DNA of 64,000 bases from Candidatus Parcubacteria bacterium (GCA_039796615.1 JBDKJL010000038.1:78033-142032); one strand, 5' to 3'. Positions 24,215 through 33,017 are shown, counted from the stretch's first letter. Notes: a model not told the origin generated them from the sequence alone. Numbers and translations: made by a program.

Positions 24215-25690
24215 CTAGGCGGCTGTGCGGCGTAAAATCCGAACGGTTCCGTGGTTTGCGCGAACCTCCACCAGGTCACCATCGTTAATCGCCTGCGTGG
24301 CGGTTTGTGTGCCGATCACACACGGCTTTCCGAGCTCTCGTGAAACGATGGCGGCATGGCAGGTGATCCCCCCTTCGTTTGTGATAATGGCCAACGCTTT
24401 TTTCATGAGCGGCACAAACTCCGGGCGGGTCATGCTGGTAACCAGAATCTCTCCTTCCTGGAACGATGGGAAATCCGCTTCCGCTAAAATCACGCGCGCG
24501 ATGCCCTTTGCGTACCCCTGCGAGGCGGTTCGGCCATAGAGAATATCTTGCGCGGCGGCACCGGCGAACGCTTGTTCAAGATCAGCGTTGAGCGATTGCG
24601 CTTCTGCGCCCTCAAAGAGCGTTGCGTCTTCTGAAGTTACACGGATCACGACGCCTTCTTCATATCGGTGCTTGAGCGTGTCTGCGGTTAACGACCCATC
24701 GAGGACCTGATCTATTTCGTGCATGGCCAGGAATCGAAGGAGGCGATTCGCGATGCCCGTTTGTTTTTCGAGGTGTACGAGATACGCCTCAATCACATGA
24801 AACCCCATCAGGTTGATTTTTTTACGATGTTCGCGCCAGGCCGTGAGCGCATTAAAAAACCAGAGTGGATTTTCTTTTAATCCATGCGTTTTCGTAATGG
24901 CACGAATGGACGCTTCTTTTGTGGTTGTATAGGCGCGGAGTTCGGCGAGATCTTGTTGGAGACGGTGAGAGTCTCCGGCATAAATGCGCGCTTCATCAAG
25001 AATTTCTTGATCCGTAATTGGTTTAAGACGCGCGTAATTTGCTTGGACGTAATCGAACTGCTGCCGATACGACGTGAGAATGTCTTTGTGCGTGATAAGG
25101 AGGCTATCAAGCATCTCTGGGGAGATCTGAATTTTTTGCAAGAGTTCCAAAAAGGCTTGTTTGCGTTCGTCCGCAAACGTCATTTCGGATGGTGTGGAGA
25201 GGACTTGGACCTCTTCTTTGTTAAGCCCGTGCTGTTCGGCAATTTTTTTGATCTCTTCTTGATCGACGCCAGTATCGAATGCGTCGATAAAAAGGCTCGA
25301 ATCCCAAAAAGCGTGGTAGGCGGTACGGAGTTGTTGAAATGTTTCTCGTGCCGTTGTGGTATCTGCGAATACGGATGGATCGAATGTTTTATGGTAGAGC
25401 GTTTCGATGGCTTGAGCGTGTGCGAGATAGGCTGCATATTGCGTTTGATAGCCCTCTTGCGTGCCGTATTGTTGATAATAGAGCCGAGCGAGATGTTGGA
25501 GCGCCTCAAAATCCCAATACAAAACGCCGTATGTTTTTTGGAAAAACGCATGGAGATCTCCGAACGCGCCACGCTCTCCATTGGCGTTGAGCGCGAATGA
25601 GCCCGCAACATCCATCCATGGCCAGCAGGTGATGGGCATGATTTCACCCTCTTGTTTATAGAGTTTTTTGGGGAGAGGGCGGGGTGTCAT
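24215..25690 (-). CDS. Single-module protein: unassigned helical domain plus swivel phosphohistidine domain (upstream satellite)
   Basis: This 491-aa ORF ends in GRTASQGYAKGIARVIL...ILVTSMTRPEFVPLMKKALAIITNEGGITCHAAIVSRELGKPCVIGT...DGDLVEVRANHGTVRILRR. It stops 39 nt before the start of the giant gene. The exact start is uncertain. Confidence 0.85.
   Translation of the reverse strand: MTPRPLPKKLYKQEGEIMPITCWPWMDVAGSFALNANGERGAFGDLHAFFQKTYGVLYWDFEALQHLARLYYQQYGTQEGYQTQYAAYLAHAQAIETLYHKTFDPSVFADTTTARETFQQLRTAYHAFWDSSLFIDAFDTGVDQEEIKKIAEQHGLNKEEVQVLSTPSEMTFADERKQAFLELLQKIQISPEMLDSLLITHKDILTSYRQQFDYVQANYARLKPITDQEILDEARIYAGDSHRLQQDLAELRAYTTTKEASIRAITKTHGLKENPLWFFNALTAWREHRKKINLMGFHVIEAYLVHLEKQTGIANRLLRFLAMHEIDQVLDGSLTADTLKHRYEEGVVIRVTSEDATLFEGAEAQSLNADLEQAFAGAAAQDILYGRTASQGYAKGIARVILAEADFPSFQEGEILVTSMTRPEFVPLMKKALAIITNEGGITCHAAIVSRELGKPCVIGTQTATQAINDGDLVEVRANHGTVRILRRTAA
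24218..24535 (-). repeat. Swivel phosphohistidine domain copy 1 (in the upstream satellite gene)
   Basis: The His codon of GGITCHAAIV is at 24356..24358. Confidence 0.8.
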
Positions 25691-25736
25691 ACCACAATCA
25701 GGCGCATTGATATCGCGTGGTTCATACGCGGTTTTT

Positions 25737-26132
25737 TTAGTCGCTCACGATAACGGTGAATCCGCCAAAGGACATACGCTTCATATCAAAAGGCATGGGT
25801 TTATTTTTATATTTGGGGTCGTTCATGCTGGAGTCTTTCATCACCTTTGCGTTTACCTGATCGCGATGTGCGCGGCTCTTGTAGGTGATGTAGGAAAAAA
25901 TAATCACTTCGCTCGGTTTTTGTTTCACGATTTTGGGGAACGTAAGCGTAACGCCTTTAGGCTTGAGATCATCCCCTACGCACTCTTTATAATCCAACGC
26001 ACCGTATTTTTTCCAAATACGGCACCCTTCTGCGGCCATGCGGCGATAGGCAGGCAAATTCTTTTTAGACACGACAAGGAGGAAGCCGTCCACGTAGCGG
26101 GAAGATGTTTTCATAGGAGGAGATTGTAGCAT
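25737..26132 (-). CDS. DUF1428 family protein
   Basis: The sequence is (M)KTSSRYVDGFLLVVSKKNLPAYRRMAAEGCRIWKKYGALDYKECVGDDL...FDMKRMSFGGF, which is the typical DUF1428/YbaA-like sequence pattern. ATG 26114 is an alternative start. Confidence 0.7.
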   Translation of the reverse strand: MLQSPPMKTSSRYVDGFLLVVSKKNLPAYRRMAAEGCRIWKKYGALDYKECVGDDLKPKGVTLTFPKIVKQKPSEVIIFSYITYKSRAHRDQVNAKVMKDSSMNDPKYKNKPMPFDMKRMSFGGFTVIVSD

Positions 26133-26206
26133 GGGGATTTTAGTGCGTCTTGGTTGAACTGATAAGGAATCCTTAATAGGTGCTCTGTCTATTCATCTAA
26201 ACGCTT

Positions 26207-26692
26207 CTATCGCATCGGTGCCGTAAATTTCTTCGGATCAAACGCTGTCGCCAGTGGTACGATTTGTGCCGCGAGGGTTGGGAGGTGTTGTTGGAGCTCC
26301 TCTTTGGAAAAGAAACGGATTTCTCTACATTCTTCTGTGGGCGTGAAGTCGAGATGTTCCAGTTCCATGCGGAAGATGACGGTGAGGACGTAATACCATT
26401 CCATCCCACGTCCGGTTCCATGTCGGGTTGTCCAGATATAGGTGGGCGTTTCTTCGATTTGCGTAACGGACAGCCCCATTTCTTCTCGAACTTCGCGTTT
26501 GATGGCGTCTGTAAACTGTTCTCCAAAATCAAGACCCCCACCGGGCAACTCCCATTCAGGGCGGGGGTCTGTGGCACTTCGCCCGGTAAAATCTTTTACG
26601 AGGAGTACCTTCCCGTCACGTACACACATTCCTTTAGCCGTGACGCGGTAAAAAGCATCTGGGAAATCCGGAGAGATTTGCGGAGGTTTCAT
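26207..26692 (-). CDS. NUDIX hydrolase
   Basis: This 161-aa ORF has the Nudix box GGGLDFGEQFTDAIKREVREEMGL. Confidence 0.85.
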   Translation of the reverse strand: MKPPQISPDFPDAFYRVTAKGMCVRDGKVLLVKDFTGRSATDPRPEWELPGGGLDFGEQFTDAIKREVREEMGLSVTQIEETPTYIWTTRHGTGRGMEWYYVLTVIFRMELEHLDFTPTEECREIRFFSKEELQQHLPTLAAQIVPLATAFDPKKFTAPMR

Positions 26693-26700
26693 AGCGACGT

Positions 26701-27615
26701 TTACCGCGCCCCATCGTTTTGCGCGGCTGCCTCCAGCTCCGCAATATTCAGTTTCTTCATTTTGAGCATCACTTGCGTAACCCGATTCATTTTTTCTTTG
26801 TCATCGGTATGCATGAGCTCGTTCATGTTCGTGGGCACGATCTGCCAACTCACGCCGTATTTGTCTTTGATCCAACCGCATTGTTCGGCGGCGGGAACGG
26901 CGGAGAGTTTTTTCCAGTACGTATCGATTTCTTCTTGCGTGTCGCAGTTCACGATCAGTGAGATTGCTTCGTTGAATGTGTAACCGTGTTCGCGCGCAGA
27001 ATCCATGGCGGCGAACCATTGGCCTTCGAGCATCAACTCGCTAAACATCACCGTTCCTTCTTTATCCGGTTCCATGCCGGCGGGATAGTGAGCAATCATG
27101 CCGCGCTTGGCGTTGTTGAATACGGACAGGTAAAAATCCGCCGCTTCCTCTGCCTTGCCGCACAGATCGCCCACGAAGAGGAGCGATGGGATGATGGTGG
27201 GTCGCCGTTCGCCTTCTGGTTTTGTGAGAATGAGTTGCCAAGAGAATCCGTATTTGTCTTGAATCCAACCGTAGCGCTTGCTGAATGGATATTCCTGGAG
27301 CGGCATCAACACCTTTCCGCCTTCGGCGAGCTTGGCCCATACGTCGTCAATCCTCGTGGCGGCATCTGCATCCTGAGACGGATCAAAATTCACCAAGAAC
27401 GAAATGGATGGATTGGGTTTAAAATACGGCCCGGCACTGATGGCTTGGAATTCATACCCCCACAGTTGGAACGACACGATCTCGCAATCTCCCGACGGCG
27501 TGCCGGAGATCGTCGTAATATTTGTGACAGCGGATTCTGGGAATACGGACGCGTAGAAGGCAGCGGCCTCCTTGGCTTCCTTATCAAACCACAGGTGCGG
27601 GACGATTTTTTGCAT
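26701..27615 (-). CDS. Two-domain VOC/PhnB-like (3-demethylubiquinone-9 3-methyltransferase-domain) protein
   Basis: The start is taken at MQKIVPHLWFDKEAKEAAAFYASVFP. The second repeat begins at IIPSLLFVGDLCGKAEEAADFYLSVF. GWIQDKYGFSWQL and GWIKDKYGVSWQI motifs close the two halves. The ORF track start at 27657 is an alternative. Confidence 0.8.
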   Translation of the reverse strand: MQKIVPHLWFDKEAKEAAAFYASVFPESAVTNITTISGTPSGDCEIVSFQLWGYEFQAISAGPYFKPNPSISFLVNFDPSQDADAATRIDDVWAKLAEGGKVLMPLQEYPFSKRYGWIQDKYGFSWQLILTKPEGERRPTIIPSLLFVGDLCGKAEEAADFYLSVFNNAKRGMIAHYPAGMEPDKEGTVMFSELMLEGQWFAAMDSAREHGYTFNEAISLIVNCDTQEEIDTYWKKLSAVPAAEQCGWIKDKYGVSWQIVPTNMNELMHTDDKEKMNRVTQVMLKMKKLNIAELEAAAQNDGAR

Positions 27616-27669
27616 ATGAGAGGTCGATATTATTCGGAGGTTCTTAGCATACCGCATGCCGCCACGATC

Positions 27670-28197
27670 TCAAAGATGCGGCGCGTAGAGGATTTCTACA
27701 AGGGCTTTTAGATCCCCTTTTGCCTTATCGTCCGCTATAAGGCGCCGGTGGAGCTCGGCGGGCGAGAACCAAAAGAATTCGGTGAAGTCATCTGGATTAT
27801 AGTTTGGCGCTTCGTTCATCTCGATCTCCCACACCTTCATGGACGCACTGAGTGTTGGGTAGTCACGCGGTGTAAAGTGTCCAAGAAATGTTGACGAAAC
27901 CCGCTCGGCATCAAGATTCAGCTCTTCCATGAGCTCACGCGCAAACGCCTGCTCGTACGTTTCGGGCCAATCCACATGGCCGCCCATGCTGGTGTCTAAA
28001 CAGTCCGGAAAAATCCGTTTGTGGGGTCCCCGACGAGGAATCCAGATGTCCCCATGGGTGTTTCGCACGAACGCGTTCACCACACGAAAATTCTGCCAAT
28101 TTTTTTCTCCATTCCGTATTTGCCAGCCATCCCCCACCGGGATGTCATCTTTATCAACATGCCAGATACGGTCTTCTGCGGGTTGATGCGTGCTCAT
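27670..28197 (-). CDS. NUDIX hydrolase (IDI-like subgroup by layout)
   Basis: This 175-aa ORF has the Nudix box GGHVDWPETYEQAFARELMEELNL. Confidence 0.8.
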   Translation of the reverse strand: MSTHQPAEDRIWHVDKDDIPVGDGWQIRNGEKNWQNFRVVNAFVRNTHGDIWIPRRGPHKRIFPDCLDTSMGGHVDWPETYEQAFARELMEELNLDAERVSSTFLGHFTPRDYPTLSASMKVWEIEMNEAPNYNPDDFTEFFWFSPAELHRRLIADDKAKGDLKALVEILYAPHL

Positions 28198-28823
28198 AAC
28201 GAGAGTGTAACACCGATATTTTTCAATTGGCCAATCAGCGCGTCCCGATCTGTAAAAAGAATAGGGGTGTACCCCACGATGCTGGCCGTGGAAAGGCTCC
28301 GTTCCGAATCATCGATAAAAGCGAGTTCGGTTACGGGAACACCTAAGCGCTCCGCAAGCATCAAAAATGCCTCGGGTTCGGGTTTCATATACCCAACGTC
28401 TGAAGAAAATAACGCGGCATCGAATAACGCCTCGTATCCTCCGTCTCTAAACGCACGTGCTCCTCTGATGGAGTGATTGCTAAATAGGCCGACCTTCCAT
28501 CCGGCATTCCGCAATTCGCGAATGAGTTCGATCATCTGTTGATCCGCCACCGCTTCCGGCCGACCTTTTATAAAATCCATAAATGAAGACAGAGCATCCT
28601 CTTTTCCAAGTTCGGCTAAAATTCGTCGCCACATTTCGGTGGCTTCTGCATACCCTTTTACGCCCGTTCCTTTATTTACGAGATGGCTATGAAGAAAATA
28701 CGCTCGGCGAAACGTATCCGTGGCTACCCGCAACAACGCGGCCGCGGCCTCATTAAAATTCCCGGCAGGATACTGCACAATCACGCCGCTCCAATCGAAT
28801 CCAATGGCGGTGATTTTTTTCAT
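28194..28823 (-). CDS. HAD superfamily hydrolase
   Basis: The start is taken at MKKITAIGFDWSGVIV (motif I variant). Further support comes from GLFSNHS and AFIDDSERSL (motif IV). The ORF track start at 28889 is an alternative. Confidence 0.7.
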   Translation of the reverse strand: MKKITAIGFDWSGVIVQYPAGNFNEAAAALLRVATDTFRRAYFLHSHLVNKGTGVKGYAEATEMWRRILAELGKEDALSSFMDFIKGRPEAVADQQMIELIRELRNAGWKVGLFSNHSIRGARAFRDGGYEALFDAALFSSDVGYMKPEPEAFLMLAERLGVPVTELAFIDDSERSLSTASIVGYTPILFTDRDALIGQLKNIGVTLSL

Positions 28824-28906
28824 AAAGGAGTATCTCACCGCATGGTAGACAAAATCCCCATTTCTCGATAGGGTGTGCCACGCACGCATTCAAGGAGGTT
28901 TTACAC

Positions 28907-29755
28907 ATGCGCGTTATCACTGGTTTGTTCGTTTACCCCATAAAGTCATGCCGTGGAATCGATCTTAGCGAAGCAACGCTCGATAACCGCGGACTCACCC
29001 ACGATCGTCGCTGGATGGTTGTGGACACCGAAGGGAACTTTCTCACGCAGCGCGAGCACCCGGTTCTCGCTCGTGTGATCCCCCGCTTTTTGAAAGATGC
29101 TCTCACGATCGAAATACAAGGGGACGCGTCGATGCAGGTAACGATTCCTCGATCATCCTGGGAGGGGTCTGATCGCATTCCCGTAACGATATGGGGCGAT
29201 CTCGCGATGGGCGTTGATCAAGGAGCGGAAGCGAACGAGTTTTTTTCGACGCTTCTTCACAAGCCCGCTCGTCTTGTACGGATGCCGGAAGATGAGTGCC
29301 GCGTTCCAAATCGTCGACCGGAGGGGGTCAATGCCCACGTGGGATTTGCGGATGGGTATCCGTTGCTCGTTACCACAGAAGAATCCCTCGCGTTTCTCAA
29401 TGAGCATTTGCCCGTGGATCAGAGTGCGATTCCGATGGCGAGGTTCCGCCCGAATATTGTGCTAAGAGGCGCATTCTCCCCATGGGAAGAGGAGCGTTGG
29501 AGAACGTTCCGAGTCAACCACATCCTCTTTTATGGCATAAAGCCATGTGAACGCTGCTCAATCATCCAGGTGGATCAGCGAACGGGCGTGCGCATGGGTA
29601 AGAGCCCTTTAGAAACGTTGGCCAAAGTTCATCGTGTGAATAAGAAGCCATCGTTCGGGATAAATGTGATTCACGCGACCCCCGGCTATCTTTATGTAGG
29701 AGCCCCTGTTGCGCCGGTCGAATTTGATTCGGCCTTCGATTCCTCCGTTCTTTAA
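28907..29755 (+). CDS. MOSC domain protein (MOSC_N beta-barrel plus MOSC, YcbX-like)
   Basis: This 282-aa ORF starts MRVITGLFVYPIKSCRGIDL. It also has FADGYPLLVTTEESL, RFRPNIVL and a conserved Cys in IKPCERCSII. A strong SD (AAGGAGG) lies at 28890..28897. Confidence 0.85.
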   Translation: MRVITGLFVYPIKSCRGIDLSEATLDNRGLTHDRRWMVVDTEGNFLTQREHPVLARVIPRFLKDALTIEIQGDASMQVTIPRSSWEGSDRIPVTIWGDLAMGVDQGAEANEFFSTLLHKPARLVRMPEDECRVPNRRPEGVNAHVGFADGYPLLVTTEESLAFLNEHLPVDQSAIPMARFRPNIVLRGAFSPWEEERWRTFRVNHILFYGIKPCERCSIIQVDQRTGVRMGKSPLETLAKVHRVNKKPSFGINVIHATPGYLYVGAPVAPVEFDSAFDSSVL

Positions 29756-29780
29756 AAAGCGCGTTCTCTGCTTATAACGA

Positions 29781-29818
29781 CCCCGATGTTGAGGAGACAT
29801 CGGGGTTGCGCTTTTTTA
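29781..29818 (+). terminator. Rho-independent terminator after the MOSC gene (possibly bidirectional)
   Basis: Stem CCCCGATG (29781..29788) pairs with CATCGGGG (29798..29805) and is followed by TTGCGCTTTTTTA. Confidence 0.6.
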
Positions 29819-29843
29819 TGCTCGATCAGGGTCACATTATTTA

Positions 29844-30653
29844 CTAGGCCGCCTCGAAGTATCGTGGGTTCTTTAAGGTATCAAAATATTTACCTTCTAT
29901 CTCAAATAATTTTTCACATAAGCTTTTTACAAACATAGGAGTCAGCAGTAGTCCAGCATAATGACGATAGCGTTCAACTACATCTCGTCTTATTTCATTG
30001 GAATCTTTAGCGTGCCATATTCCACCCTCTTGTATCCCACCTACTATTTCATGTGCGTCAAAACTTGGATGAGTAGGATTACTGGCCACGTCGTAGTAAT
30101 TTGTAAAGAATTTGTCTAAGCCAGAATCCGATTTTATACGAGCATCTCGTTTAGCCATTTTTTCAAGATATTCATCACCCTTCTCAATCATCGTTTGAAC
30201 GTTTACTGAATCGACTTCTCCCACCCTGAGAGTGCCTTTACCTCGATTTCCGAGCATAAAAGGTTCGAGCTTTTTATGCAGCTCATCTGCGTTTAGATCC
30301 TTGCTTAGTAAATCTAGAATCGATGCGAGGAGTGCGGCTGTCTCAAACCACGCCTTTAAGGGTAGATAGATGCCCGTTGTATTTCTACTATTAAACATTT
30401 CGACGAATGCGTTACGCAGATAAAGACTTCGTAGCAAGTTTGCACTGATGAGTCTCTGTATCCAAGTATGGATATGTTTCGGATCTGCAACTGTATAGTT
30501 CAGATCTATATCCGTGTATATGTAATGCCCAATTGACTCAAGATAGCTGGCCACAGCATCCAGGGATCTGTTCATATGCGCATCTGTTGAATCTTTGAAT
30601 TCTTTGGGAAGATTTAATTTAGGATTTGGAAAATCTCTCATCTGCATAAACAC
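29844..30653 (-). CDS. Hypothetical protein (AT-rich island)
   Basis: This is a 269-aa ORF with AT-rich codon usage unlike its neighbours. I recognise no motif in it. Confidence 0.5.
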   Translation of the reverse strand: MFMQMRDFPNPKLNLPKEFKDSTDAHMNRSLDAVASYLESIGHYIYTDIDLNYTVADPKHIHTWIQRLISANLLRSLYLRNAFVEMFNSRNTTGIYLPLKAWFETAALLASILDLLSKDLNADELHKKLEPFMLGNRGKGTLRVGEVDSVNVQTMIEKGDEYLEKMAKRDARIKSDSGLDKFFTNYYDVASNPTHPSFDAHEIVGGIQEGGIWHAKDSNEIRRDVVERYRHYAGLLLTPMFVKSLCEKLFEIEGKYFDTLKNPRYFEAA

Positions 30654-30690
30654 TCTAATTTTAGCATCTTAAGCGGCTTATTTCACTCAC

Positions 30691-31734
30691 CTAATTCTTG
30701 ATCGCATCATCCTGTTCCAGATATCTCTTTGACGCCTTATCGAAATCGGATATGTAGTCGCGGTCTTGAGCGGCATTGTATTTTTTATATTCGCCAAGAG
30801 CCAAGGACTCAGCGACTTCGTGTGTAACCACACCTGCGTTCGTTAGGATTTGTTTTTCATTGAATTGTAAAAAGGCATGCAATTTTTCAACCCAATCTTT
30901 CATGGACATGGTGACGCCATGCTTCGCTTGCATCTCGGCGTAATCTAAATACATGGTAACGATCCTGTTCAAATGATCGAGTTCATTCTCATTTAAATAG
31001 TTTTTCGCGATCACCACGTCTGATTCTCGGATTCTGCCCTTCGGTGCGTTTTTCCACGTTGTCAGCCCCATGTTGATTTGGGTACTATCGGCTCGTTCCT
31101 TCACGATCTCTGCAGCCGTTTTACCCGTGATAGCGAAATGGAGCTTGTTCTGTACGGTTGCGTAAAACTGTTTGGTGAGATCGTTATCCAAAGAATAGTC
31201 AGCACTGCATTGAGCGTAGATGTCGGTAATCTTTTGGTAGAGACGCCGCTCACTCGAGCGAATGTCTCGGATGCGAGCGAGCTGTTCTTCGAAGTAATCT
31301 TTACCAAAAATATGACGAGGATCCTTTAATCGTACGTCATTCATGGTGTACCCCTTGATGATGTACTCTCGGAGTCGTTCTGTCGCCCAGATACGGAATA
31401 GCGTCGCCTGACGGCTATTCACCCGGTACCCAACCGAAATAATGGCGTCAAGATTATAAAATTGAGTTTGGTACGTTTTGCCATCCGTTGCAGTACGTGC
31501 AAATTTTGCACTAACTGAATTTTCGATTAATTCTCCTTCTTTTAAGATGTTCCCAAGATGTTTTGTAACGACCGAGCGTTCAACCCCAAATAATTGAGCG
31601 ATTTTATCTTGCGTGAGCCAAATATTTTCATTCTTGAGAAATATCTCCACGTTTACCCCACCCTCCGGCGTTGTGTAGAGAATGACTTCTGTAAATGAGT
31701 TTTCTGGGATGGCTTTTTTGGGTTTTTTCTGCAT
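30691..31734 (-). CDS. RhuM family (virulence-protein-like) protein
   Basis: This 347-aa ORF contains IWLTQDKIAQLFGVERSVVTKHLGNI...DGKTYQTQFYNLDAIISVGYRVNSRQATLFRIWATERLREYIIKG, which is characteristic of RhuM/PF13310 as I recall it. Confidence 0.75.
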   Translation of the reverse strand: MQKKPKKAIPENSFTEVILYTTPEGGVNVEIFLKNENIWLTQDKIAQLFGVERSVVTKHLGNILKEGELIENSVSAKFARTATDGKTYQTQFYNLDAIISVGYRVNSRQATLFRIWATERLREYIIKGYTMNDVRLKDPRHIFGKDYFEEQLARIRDIRSSERRLYQKITDIYAQCSADYSLDNDLTKQFYATVQNKLHFAITGKTAAEIVKERADSTQINMGLTTWKNAPKGRIRESDVVIAKNYLNENELDHLNRIVTMYLDYAEMQAKHGVTMSMKDWVEKLHAFLQFNEKQILTNAGVVTHEVAESLALGEYKKYNAAQDRDYISDFDKASKRYLEQDDAIKN

Positions 31735-32140
31735 AGATTATCTCCTCCCCAATAATGACTGTATGCCACAGAGGATAGGACGAAGAATAGCAAAGAAGGG
31801 AAATAATCAAAAATCCGCCCTTATTCAAGACGGATTTTTGATGTCTTCTACAAACGTTGTCTTTCCCGCTCCCCCACCCCCCATTAATCGCGATGAGCCT
31901 TTCGTGATGTAGACGACAATACCCAACGCCATCATTTTTTTGCGATCGCGAACTTCGTTAATATTCCCCTAGTTTTTTTGGTTTGCCAGCGACACCACGC
32001 GCCATTCGATCCGTTTTTGAGGGGGACACGAACGGATAGAGACGGCTAGCCACACTATCATACCGTATGTTGGCCGATGTGGATATTTGTGTCCACAGAG
32101 GAGTTAGGGTGGCAGCGCCTCCCCTCCCCTGATACGCTTT

Positions 32141-32545
32141 GTGTCTATGAGTTTTGAACTGCCGCCGGTGATTGAAGAGCCTGAAATGACGATCGAAGAA
32201 CGTGTTCAGTTAGCGAGAGAACTGAGCGAGCGTCAAGAAACATTCCCCTTTCACGGCCTGAAAGAGGGCTCATATGAACTGTTGAAAACGGCCGACGCAG
32301 AGGACGTGTACGGGATGACGACGCCCACGGATCTCTTACTCGCCCGGTGCGCCAAGCACGGCATCAAGGTGGTGTTGGGGGCGCATCCTGAATCGGGTAA
32401 TGCCGTTGCCCTGCCCGGGGATAGTGATGATGTGGTTGCGGACGCCATTCGTCTTGAGCACCTCAAGCTTACTGTAGGTATGGATCCGAAATTGTGGATG
32501 CTGATTCGTGCTGACTTACGCAACGCCGCGTGGCGGAAGGTTTGA
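32141..32545 (+). CDS. Hypothetical protein
   Basis: This is a 134-aa acidic ORF starting with GTG. It is the only plausible frame in this region. Confidence 0.4.
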   Translation: MSMSFELPPVIEEPEMTIEERVQLARELSERQETFPFHGLKEGSYELLKTADAEDVYGMTTPTDLLLARCAKHGIKVVLGAHPESGNAVALPGDSDDVVADAIRLEHLKLTVGMDPKLWMLIRADLRNAAWRKV

Positions 32546-32561
32546 GGGATGTTGGTGCATG

Positions 32562-33017
32562 TTATGGCTGTGTCGGCGCGTAGCGACCCATGAGTTCGGC
32601 TTGTGCAATGATATGGCCGTCCATTGATTTTTCAATATTTCCTTTGGTTGCGCCTTCGTGAAGGTTTAACAAGGAATCAAGTGCGTAGAGTTTAAAGAAA
32701 TAGCGGTGCTCCTTGTCTGGTGGCTTCGGGCCGCTATAATCCAGCTTTCCGCGTGTCCCCTGCCCATGGATTCCTTGTACGCTCCAACCTTCGGTGATCT
32801 CCGTTGTATTTGGGGCTATATTGAATACGATCCAATGCACCCACACAGACACGCCTGCAGCTTCTGGCACGTCTGGATCATCCATGATGAGTGCGAGCGA
32901 CTTGGTGCCTTCGGGCACGTCTTCGATGGTGAGTGGTGGGTTGATATCGTCAAAAGCTTGTCCGTATTTTTCCGGAATCACTTCGCCATTTTTAAATGCA
33001 GCACTTGTGAGGTTCAT
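32562..33017 (-). CDS. YbhB/YbcL family PEBP (Raf kinase inhibitor-like) protein
   Basis: The start is taken at MNLTSAAFKNGEVIPEKYG. Family motifs are LALIMDDPDVP, WVHWIVFNI and GPKPPDKEHRYFFKLYALD. Confidence 0.85.
   Translation of the reverse strand: MNLTSAAFKNGEVIPEKYGQAFDDINPPLTIEDVPEGTKSLALIMDDPDVPEAAGVSVWVHWIVFNIAPNTTEITEGWSVQGIHGQGTRGKLDYSGPKPPDKEHRYFFKLYALDSLLNLHEGATKGNIEKSMDGHIIAQAELMGRYAPTQP

Noticed and set aside
12581-25690. Periodic recurrence of near-identical ~300-nt segments every ~1.0-1.5 kb was considered as a possible CRISPR-like or tandem DNA repeat array.
   Set aside because: The repeats are in-frame protein domains within long ORFs. The spacing is far larger than, and less regular than, CRISPR geometry. 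There are no short direct repeats or cas genes.
25700-25736. A hairpin CGCGT-GGTTCAT-ACGCG is followed by T7 on the plus strand, which looks like a terminator.
   Set aside because: No plus-strand gene runs into it. On the minus strand the T-tract precedes the hairpin rather than following it, so it is unlikely to terminate the DUF1428 transcript. It is probably incidental.
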